The notes under the pieces are model-generated. The model was not told the DNA's origin, made no database searches, and saw only the letters and a program-made list of their open reading frames with translations. Positions 1 to 7,413 of a stretch of DNA of 64,000 nt are shown here, in pieces. The DNA comes from an uncultured Thermoplasmatales archaeon (lineage in GTDB: Archaea; Thermoplasmatota; E2; DHVEG-1): NCBI GenBank assembly GCA_964467345.1, contig CAYXPY010000007.1:11868-75867 (forward strand). The letters run 5' to 3'. Positions within the stretch are counted from its first letter, which is position 1. Every line of letters begins with the position of its first letter. Both the position numbers and the translations under genes were made by a program.

Positions 1-1836
1 GCTGCTTGAATTTGTTGATTCGAACTGCCCCCAGCCATACCCTGTGTTATACACACAGCCGAACGCAAGCTCGGTGTCTGAATGGAACAACATTGATTCG
101 ATGATGCCATCGTCACCATCATCGAAATCACCGCAGTGGCATCCGTAATCATGGATGAAGAACGGTCGCGTGTTATGATACAGGTTCTCCCAGTCGCTCT
201 TCCCGACATCCAGGGACATCTGGTTGTTCGCATGGGCAATCCCACTAATGATGGTCACCCGGTCCTCGTTAATAGCGGTCCTAAAGCCGTTAATGGCTCC
301 GGTTTCACTACCGCCCTGCCAACCAGGGTTGGGTGGCTCCGCGGTCCATCGGACGGATATGTTATACTCGTTGCCGATATTGACCTGGTTCCAGGTCTCA
401 AACCCATACTGGAAACCCACCCAGGTGGGAAACTGCCCAGGATCATCAGGGTCGGGCCCAAGCCAGTCGTCGGTTCCTTTTATAGCACTATAATCGACGA
501 AATCATCCCCCTGACAGTTCCATCCGGTGTTCCCCCCATAGAACCCGGTGTTGTCAAGGTAATCGCCATCGGTGCTCTCCGCATAGTAAAAGCATTTTGT
601 CAGCCAGTTGGAGACATCCTGCGGCGTATCACAGGTGACACGACCGAGATACACCTCTGCATAGAGATCAAAGCCATTGTCTGCTTCCTCACCCCAGCGG
701 TTATCCTGATCCGCATTGAAGCTGTTATCAAGATTACTCCAATAAATATCAGCATCGACGTTCCCCTCATAGGCGTAATACATCTGCCGGGCTGGCATCG
801 TGTCTGCATCCCCGGCGATCAGGATGAATCGCGTCTCCCAATCCTGATACGCGTCTCTGCAGAACTCCCGGATGCGCGCCTGGCTGTCGTTGAAGAGTGC
901 AGTGGAGTTATAATAATCAGGGCAGGCAAGGATATCCTGCTTGGTGACAAGCGTGCAGCTTAACCCATCTGCCGCATGATGGCTCATCAGGCTTTCCCAG
1001 TTATACGGGGTCGTCGTGGTGGTGTCCCAGTAGTCCAACCCGTTCTGGGTGGTCGTGATAATCACATAGTCATAATGATCTGAAGAATCGCACAGCCCTC
1101 CCGGGTACTCAAAGGTCGGCAGACCAGCACGGGGGTACTGGTTCATCACCTCAGGGTTGGAGACCAACCGGGCGACATAGGATTGATCCTCAGGATCGCC
1201 CCGATAGAACTGGTTCTGGTCTGCATCCTGTAACGTTATTGTCACCGTCAACCGAGGGTAGTACTGCAGGATGCCTCTCACCGGGTTGTACTGCACCGGA
1301 TTGAGGTTTACGGAAAGAACCGGATACCCATGGGAATATCCTAGGCAATACTCTGAATAGCGCATGATTGGATGGAACTCATCGGTTGCATACAGCTCTT
1401 GGTTCATGACAAACTCAAATGGCTCGTCACTCCCGATCGGGACAGACCGCTGCTGCGGATACAAGGGTGTCTCCGTTAGTTTCACCCCAGCCAGATCCAG
1501 TGGAAGTGGGCTCCCCAGGACGTTGATCCGTGCGACCGTCTTATTGGGCGGCAGCAGCAAGGAAACCACCTTGACAGGAAGTGCTGGGTCCCCTGCGGAT
1601 CGACCAACCGCGATACAGCCTGCCTGCGAGATGGTCGCATAGGCTGCATCCATGGGTTGTATGCTTGGCTCAAGGAACTCAAACGAATAGCTCAATCGGT
1701 TCCCTACGAACCTATCTTCAAATTTCAACGCAGCCCCCAGTGGTGCTGCGGCAGATGTCATCATCAGTGCGATGCACATCAGAAAAACGACACCTATTCT
1801 GCCTTCTATACTCTTGTTCTTATGTCTGTTCTTCAT
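1..1836 (-). CDS. Secreted peptidase C25 (gingipain-like) paralog, 3' end truncated by window edge (612 codons in window, no stop)
   Basis: Manual minus-strand translation from ATG at 1836..1834 gives MKNRHKNKSIEGRIGVVFLMCIALMMTSAAAPLG (signal peptide-like), then DYVIITTTQNGLDYW...GDADTMPARQMYY...ISGIAHAN...HDYGCHCGDFD. It is open in frame to position 1. Architecture and motifs parallel the C25-like paralogs at 36345 and 62780. Absent from the supplied ORF track (no stop in window). GGGGAT RBS-like and TATATA motifs upstream. Confidence 0.6.
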   Translation of the reverse strand, partial: MKNRHKNKSIEGRIGVVFLMCIALMMTSAAAPLGAALKFEDRFVGNRLSYSFEFLEPSIQPMDAAYATISQAGCIAVGRSAGDPALPVKVVSLLLPPNKTVARINVLGSPLPLDLAGVKLTETPLYPQQRSVPIGSDEPFEFVMNQELYATDEFHPIMRYSEYCLGYSHGYPVLSVNLNPVQYNPVRGILQYYPRLTVTITLQDADQNQFYRGDPEDQSYVARLVSNPEVMNQYPRAGLPTFEYPGGLCDSSDHYDYVIITTTQNGLDYWDTTTTTPYNWESLMSHHAADGLSCTLVTKQDILACPDYYNSTALFNDSQARIREFCRDAYQDWETRFILIAGDADTMPARQMYYAYEGNVDADIYWSNLDNSFNADQDNRWGEEADNGFDLYAEVYLGRVTCDTPQDVSNWLTKCFYYAESTDGDYLDNTGFYGGNTGWNCQGDDFVDYSAIKGTDDWLGPDPDDPGQFPTWVGFQYGFETWNQVNIGNEYNISVRWTAEPPNPGWQGGSETGAINGFRTAINEDRVTIISGIAHANNQMSLDVGKSDWENLYHNTRPFFIHDYGCHCGDFDDGDDGIIESMLFHSDTELAFGCVYNTGYGWGQFESTNSSS

Positions 1837-1974
1837 TGGTTATCCCCTATCTCGTATATACCAGTACATAAGAACGATGCCTGAGTATATATGCTTTATC
1901 GTCTCTGAGAGCTCATCAATCACGGCGTAACAGGAGGGATTCTTTCCTACCATCATGCGTGAGACCATCAGAAG

Positions 1975-2042
1975 AAAAAAAAAGAAAATATATAAAAAAA
2001 AAATTAAAAAAAAATAGAGGAGGAGTGAAAGATTTCACTCCA
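1975..2042 (-). terminator. Hairpin (GGAGTGAAA-gat-TTTCACTCC, 2022..2042) followed on the minus strand by a long oligo-T tract. Terminator of the 1683-aa gene
   Basis: Perfect 9-bp inverted repeat with 3-nt loop 13 nt downstream of the stop at 2055. Plus-strand poly-A (T-rich on the minus strand) 1975..2016. Confidence 0.45.
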
Positions 2043-2054
2043 ATGCGTGTGTCT

Positions 2055-5000
2055 TTAGAGCTGTTTCAGCAAAGTGTAGTACTGTTGCTGGTTGCCGTAG
2101 TCAAACGAGGTGACGACATCGCTCATCTTTGAGTTGCCTGCCGCATCATAGACGATACATTGTGCGGTGTGGATCTTTGATTCGACCAGGAACTCGTAGG
2201 GTGCGCCGTCAGTGTCTTCGCCGACTAAGGCGTCATCTGCGTAGAACTCCACTTTCACGATGCCGCTGGTGGCGTCTGTTGCGTCCGCCTCAAGTAACCA
2301 TTTGGTCTTCAAGCCGTTCTGTGCTGTTGCGGTGAAGGCGTTGATGACCGGTGCGGTCTTGTCCATCTTGAAGCTGATGCTCTTCTCTTCCTCGGTGTTT
2401 GGAGGCACTGCTTTGTCGACGGAGTAGAAGTAGACTGTGTGTTGTCCATCGGTGGTGACCTGGAATGGTGTTTCGTAGAGTGTCCATTCGCCGTTGTCGA
2501 CCTTATACATGGTGTAGTCGACGCCCTCAGGCCATTTCTCATCGTATGCCGTCAGGGTCACGGTGACGCTGCTGACATACCATTCGCTCTGGCCCATGGT
2601 CCCTGCGAGGGTTGCCTCGGTGGTCGGTGGGGTCGTGTCGGGGATCCTGATGATCCAGCTGAGTGTCTTCTTGTCGTTGTTGGGGTGGTCATCGCCAGGT
2701 AGCACGGTCTTCATGGTGAGCTTGTAGTCTCCTTCTGCATCGGGGTCCTCAGGTATGGTGATGTCCGGGAAGGTGACAACTGCGGTCCCACCAGGTGCGA
2801 CTGGTCCAGCGACAACAACAGTCTCATCATAGACGATGACACCAGTGTCGTTGGTGATCTGGGCGTTCACGGGGATGTCAATCTCGGGGAAGGTGACTCC
2901 TAGGTTCTGGATGATACCCTCAACGGGGTAGGTTCCAGGTAACCAGTATTCGTCGCCACCGCCACCAGAGGTGACATGTCCACGGATCTCAAAGGCGACA
3001 TCATAGCCAAGGCCAGGGAGATCGTACCAGGTTGCACCATCAGAGGAGAAGAACGCGGTCTTCAGGGTGATACCGGGTGCGGAACATTCCAGTGGGTATT
3101 CTCCGGTGTTATGGGTTCCTTCCACGCAGAGCCAGATATCGCTTCCATCGAGTGTGACTGGACTTGAGAGTGGTACTTCGAACCAGTCGTCACCGGTGAT
3201 GCTGAACGGCTCAGTGGTGATCTCAGCACCAGGAGCAGTTGCTGATCCAGCGCTGTAGATGTGAACGTTCCCAGAGAATGCGACGGCACCGTAGTGCTTC
3301 CAGCGGATCATATCGAGGTCCCATCCGATGTATGGTGTTTGTTCATCGATGGTGAACCGGTTTGCACCGTAGATCTGACCAGTGGTTGAGCCGAACGCGT
3401 TGGCGTACACTCCGTTATCGTATTGTAACCAGCCTTCATCCTTTGGAGCTGATCCAGAGGGTTCGGTGATTGCAATGACTCCCGCGTCGTGTTCGTAGCT
3501 GAGGGTGATGATCTTTCCAAGGACGTTATCAGCTGGGTACCCATCATCCATGAGTGATGCTTCCAACAGGCTTAGGTCATCGAAGAAGATGTTGTTGCCG
3601 TAGAAGGACTCTCCATAGAAGCCGATCCAGACCGCTGGTAACCCCGCAAAGGCAGACAGACCAATGCTGTGTTGTTTCCAGCCGGTTGACCCATCGTACC
3701 GGTTGATGGTTTCAAGCAGGTAGAAGTTGGCTCCGTCTGGTGATGCGCAGACCGTGATCCGGTCCGTAGTCCCACTGTATCCCGTGTCGTGATACATCCA
3801 GAGTCTCATTGCATAGCCGTCAGCTGTGGTAAAGTCGAAGGAATTGTCCTTGACAAACAGTTTGCTGTTACCTGAGCTGATATACCAGCAGGCATACCGG
3901 GCCATCCAGCTGCCACCATGTGGTGTACAGGTTGGGTAGGTTCCGCTTTGTACGCCGTCGAATTTGTTGTCGACATCGGTTCCGCTGATGGTGTATTGAG
4001 ACCAGCCGGGGAAGTAGCCAGGAACTTCAGGTGTTCCCGCATCTTCGAATCCGACAAAGGTTCCATCAGGTAAGGTGACATCATCGACCCAGATATACCA
4101 GGCGTACCAACCAATGTAGCGGATAGCGAAATACACGGTTTGTCCCACATAGGCGGACATATCAAAGGTGTATTGCGTGTAAACCCCGGGCACTGGATAA
4201 TAAACACCAGCAAGCATGGTTCCTGAAAGGAAGTCAGCGGGGGTGTTCCCGGTTGTGGACATGTAGATTTCGTATTCATCGTCACCATAGTTGTAGGTGT
4301 CGACCCAGAGCTCAAAGATTCCGCCGGGCGCGACGACAACAGGTCCTGTTGCGAGCCAGTCATCGTTGGGTTGTACCGCGTAGTCATAGGTGCATTTTGC
4401 ACATCCCACTCCGCTGCGTTGTCCCGTAGTACTGCGGACCCAGGCATTTCCGGTGTTGACGTTATAAATCATCCAACCTGGGGGTTGCCATTGAGGTGGA
4501 ACCGTTGGGACCCAGTCCTCAAAGCCGTAGGTGTAGAACTCAGCGAATCCGTTCAATGTCGCTTCGACGTCGACCAAGTAGTCGATGTTCTCAGCGAAGG
4601 GAACATCTGATGGTGTCCAGTCAGGCAGGATAGCGTTGACGGTTTCACCAGCAACGACATCAACGGTCACGGTCTCGTCATATTCCTCGACCATGTCAAT
4701 GATGCCAAGCCAGGCGTCATCAACGTACCAGTAGTTGATGTTGAACGAATCACCGCTCATATCCCAGGCGATCCGGAAGGTTGCTGATCCGACACCATTG
4801 GCTGCGGTTAAGGCAACCTCCGTGGTAGCTGGACCATACGGACCACCGGCACGGACGTACGCATCGCTCCAGGTTGCTCCTGAATCGATGGAGGTTTGGA
4901 TCTTCAGGTCATAATCACCGTTGTAATCGTTGACGTACTCTTTGAATTTTAAGAGCAGTGCGGTGTATCCGGTGGTGTCGATATCCATCGTGTAGAGTCG

Positions 5001-7106
5001 GTGTTCACCAACACTGGAAGGTGACCAGGTGAAATATGCCTCTGGTGCGACTCCGCCAGCGTAGTTTGTGCTGCTGCTCATCCAGTTGCTTGGGTAGTTG
5101 GTTCCCCAGCCTGCTGGTGGCACGCCACCGGAGAAGTCTTCTTCAAGAAGCGTGGTGTAGAGGGCTTTGCCGATGGTCATGTGCACGTTGACGCTCTCGG
5201 CGTTCTGACCCTTGTTGAAGATGACGACCTCAGGGGTCTGGGTCTGTGCAAGACCGTTCTGTGGTGAGACGATCTCTGTTATTGCGACATCATGGAGGTA
5301 CCCGTAGTGCAGGGTGAAGGCTTTCTCCTTGTAGTCGTTCTGGGTGTTCTCATCGACAAACAGGTTGGTTGCCTCTGCGTTGTAGTTAATGTTGACATTC
5401 TCAGAGACACCAAGCGCTGCAGGTGTCCAGGTTGGGAAGGAAACCTCTAAGGTTGTGTCTGGTGCAATCGAGGGGACCGTCACAGTCTGGCTGTATTCAT
5501 TCTGCCAACTGATGATGGTAAATCCGACATCATCGATGTACCACCCGGTGTATTGAACAGACGAGTCAGAAGCGGTTTCGAACATGATTTTACAGTCTTG
5601 TCCCTCATAGGCGCTTAAATCAAAGTTGGCTTGTTTCCAGCCACCACTTTGACCATTATAGGCGGCCTGTCCAGTCATGTACGGGTTATATGCCATGGAA
5701 CCAGGGTATCCTCCAACGGGGGTGATTATCGTCCAAGTGGTTCCACCATCGTTACTGATTTTGACGTTTCCACCATCATAATTGTTCTCAAAGTAGTACC
5801 AGTGCCAGAAGTTGAACAAGGCACCACTGGGGACGGTAAACGTCGGCGTCACAAGATAACACCACATGCTGGCTGGGTAGTTCCCGGCTAGGTTTGTCGC
5901 CCAGACGTTCGCACCATTGTGAGCAGCCATTGGCCCAGAGGTCGGTGCGCCCCATTGCCATGCATCAGGCTGTGGGAGCTTTGGCGCGTGAATGTAACTG
6001 CCGTTGGTCGCCTCGAAATCCTCAACAGTTCCCGTGACGACTTCAACACCGATGTCGAGCTTAATTTGGACGTTAGTCTCGGTGTTCAACCCGATGTTCT
6101 TCACTTTAACGATCGGGGTGATCGGGCCGGCGTTGCCGCTGGCTGGTTTGACAATACCGCTGATCGCGATATCATGGTCATATTGGAACGGTAACCAGGG
6201 GATGGCGAATCCATCGACTTCCATACCGCCTTCGAAGGCACCAACCAAGGTACAGGTTAAGCCGTCTAAGGTGTACAGACCAGCTGTGCCACTTTGGGTG
6301 TACCCAGCGATGTAGAAGATCTCATTGTCTCGATCATAGGCTGGGTCCTGTGCATACAAGAACCCGATGTTCAACGCACCAAGATCCGTAGCTGCACCGG
6401 ATGCTTTGTCAACGGAGTACAGATGGCTCATACCGCTGAACAACACATCATAACCATAGATATCACCGCTGTTATCACAGATGAGACCAATCAGGGTGTT
6501 TGCGATCCCGTGAGAACCAACAACGGTGGATGTTCCTGTTAACACATCAACGGTGTATAAGCTGCCGCCACCAGTTCCATACCAGGTAGCCGTAGTTGAA
6601 TCAAAGCACAACCCGTTCATACCCGGTGAGGGGCCCATTAAGGTCATGGTTCCATCATAATCGATATGATAGATCCCACCACCGTACTCGACACCATACC
6701 AGTTACCATCTGCATCGATGTCAGCACCGCCAATGAAGTTGGGGACGATACCGGCTTGCAATGATTCGATGGCATCAGGGGTATCAAAGGTGATTGGCCC
6801 TTCTGGATGTGCACCGGAGGGATCATACGCGTTATACGCATAGAAATAACCCCTGTCTAACAGTGGTGCATGTTGGGTCGGAATTCCCTTTGTTACCAAA
6901 GGTGATAACCCATCTGCTCGTGCTATATATTCTTTGTTCTCTGCATCTAGAGCTATGACGGGTATGCTATTTTGTGTCTTAGTTTCCTGTGGCCGTATCG
7001 CTGCAGACGCTGCAGTCCCTAAAAAGAGGGCAGCGACTAGGACGACGGTCATTAGAAACATAGTCTTCGCTAGCTTACTTTTCCATACACTATGTTTTGC
7101 TTTCAT
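2055..7106 (-). CDS. Giant secreted multi-domain protein (1683 aa): signal peptide, beta-propeller-like Gly/Tyr/Asp-rich N-terminal region, four MAM/choice-of-anchor-J-like modules each ending in a [WF][YF]xDD motif, and a C-terminal Ig-like module shared with the 29608 protein
   Basis: N-terminus MKAKHSVWKSKLAKTMFLMTVVLVAALFLGTAASA. Repeated motifs TGWYIDDVGF / NYWYVDDAWLG / AWYIWVDDVTLP / NNIFFDDLSL. C-terminal ~185 aa (TLAGTMGQSEWYVSSVTVTL...DKTAPVINAFTATAQNGLKTKWLLEAD...QQQYYTLLKQL) is about 70% identical to the C-terminus of the 29608..31374 protein. Confidence 0.7.
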   Translation of the reverse strand: MKAKHSVWKSKLAKTMFLMTVVLVAALFLGTAASAAIRPQETKTQNSIPVIALDAENKEYIARADGLSPLVTKGIPTQHAPLLDRGYFYAYNAYDPSGAHPEGPITFDTPDAIESLQAGIVPNFIGGADIDADGNWYGVEYGGGIYHIDYDGTMTLMGPSPGMNGLCFDSTTATWYGTGGGSLYTVDVLTGTSTVVGSHGIANTLIGLICDNSGDIYGYDVLFSGMSHLYSVDKASGAATDLGALNIGFLYAQDPAYDRDNEIFYIAGYTQSGTAGLYTLDGLTCTLVGAFEGGMEVDGFAIPWLPFQYDHDIAISGIVKPASGNAGPITPIVKVKNIGLNTETNVQIKLDIGVEVVTGTVEDFEATNGSYIHAPKLPQPDAWQWGAPTSGPMAAHNGANVWATNLAGNYPASMWCYLVTPTFTVPSGALFNFWHWYYFENNYDGGNVKISNDGGTTWTIITPVGGYPGSMAYNPYMTGQAAYNGQSGGWKQANFDLSAYEGQDCKIMFETASDSSVQYTGWYIDDVGFTIISWQNEYSQTVTVPSIAPDTTLEVSFPTWTPAALGVSENVNINYNAEATNLFVDENTQNDYKEKAFTLHYGYLHDVAITEIVSPQNGLAQTQTPEVVIFNKGQNAESVNVHMTIGKALYTTLLEEDFSGGVPPAGWGTNYPSNWMSSSTNYAGGVAPEAYFTWSPSSVGEHRLYTMDIDTTGYTALLLKFKEYVNDYNGDYDLKIQTSIDSGATWSDAYVRAGGPYGPATTEVALTAANGVGSATFRIAWDMSGDSFNINYWYVDDAWLGIIDMVEEYDETVTVDVVAGETVNAILPDWTPSDVPFAENIDYLVDVEATLNGFAEFYTYGFEDWVPTVPPQWQPPGWMIYNVNTGNAWVRSTTGQRSGVGCAKCTYDYAVQPNDDWLATGPVVVAPGGIFELWVDTYNYGDDEYEIYMSTTGNTPADFLSGTMLAGVYYPVPGVYTQYTFDMSAYVGQTVYFAIRYIGWYAWYIWVDDVTLPDGTFVGFEDAGTPEVPGYFPGWSQYTISGTDVDNKFDGVQSGTYPTCTPHGGSWMARYACWYISSGNSKLFVKDNSFDFTTADGYAMRLWMYHDTGYSGTTDRITVCASPDGANFYLLETINRYDGSTGWKQHSIGLSAFAGLPAVWIGFYGESFYGNNIFFDDLSLLEASLMDDGYPADNVLGKIITLSYEHDAGVIAITEPSGSAPKDEGWLQYDNGVYANAFGSTTGQIYGANRFTIDEQTPYIGWDLDMIRWKHYGAVAFSGNVHIYSAGSATAPGAEITTEPFSITGDDWFEVPLSSPVTLDGSDIWLCVEGTHNTGEYPLECSAPGITLKTAFFSSDGATWYDLPGLGYDVAFEIRGHVTSGGGGDEYWLPGTYPVEGIIQNLGVTFPEIDIPVNAQITNDTGVIVYDETVVVAGPVAPGGTAVVTFPDITIPEDPDAEGDYKLTMKTVLPGDDHPNNDKKTLSWIIRIPDTTPPTTEATLAGTMGQSEWYVSSVTVTLTAYDEKWPEGVDYTMYKVDNGEWTLYETPFQVTTDGQHTVYFYSVDKAVPPNTEEEKSISFKMDKTAPVINAFTATAQNGLKTKWLLEADATDATSGIVKVEFYADDALVGEDTDGAPYEFLVESKIHTAQCIVYDAAGNSKMSDVVTSFDYGNQQQYYTLLKQL

Positions 7107-7369
7107 AAAATTTTACCTCGCCTTACTCTTCTTAAATGCGTATGGTCTTAATAAATGTTTCGCACCAAATATATATATTAATATTTAAAATAAAATAAAA
7201 AGAATTGAAATAACTCCTCTGGAGAAAAACAGAAAAGAGACAGAGAAAAGAACCTTTCTACAGACCATTATATAATAAACGTATTAGAAATCAGATCCAA
7301 CCACCACACAGCCTAAGGAAATCCGCCCCCAACCAACAAAACCTGCTCTTTATAGTACATAATACATAT

Positions 7370-7410
7370 GTAGAAAAAAGAAAAAATCAATAAAAAAGAA
7401 AAAAAAGAGG
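7370..7410 (-). terminator. Oligo-T tract (minus strand) immediately after the stop of the 7414..9768 gene
   Basis: Plus-strand aaaaaagaaaaaatcaataaaaaagaaaaaaaaga directly 3' of the minus-strand TAA at 7414..7416. Archaeal terminators are oligo-T. Confidence 0.4.
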
Positions 7411-7413
7411 ATG

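Noticed and set aside
136-963. 275-aa plus-strand ORF (and the 224..493, 1364..1642, 1581..1871 ORFs) at the left edge
   Set aside because: Antisense to the minus-strand C25 gene that spans 1..1836. Low-complexity P/G/V/I-rich translation with no motifs. Typical long shadow ORFs in a GC-rich coding region.
1960-2020. Long A-rich tracts (also 7370..7410, 12604..12620, 40733..40753, 62745..62760) considered as possible CRISPR leader or satellite repeats
   Set aside because: No regularly spaced direct repeats or spacers anywhere in the window. The tracts sit immediately 3' of stop codons and are best explained as oligo-T terminators or AT-rich intergenic DNA.
2129-6542. Dozens of 60-213-aa ORFs on both strands inside 2055..7106 (e.g. 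3806..4447 -, 6004..6315 +)
   Set aside because: All lie within or antisense to the 1683-aa gene, which has a coherent signal peptide plus domain architecture. Arg/Pro/Ser-rich junk translations caused by elevated GC.
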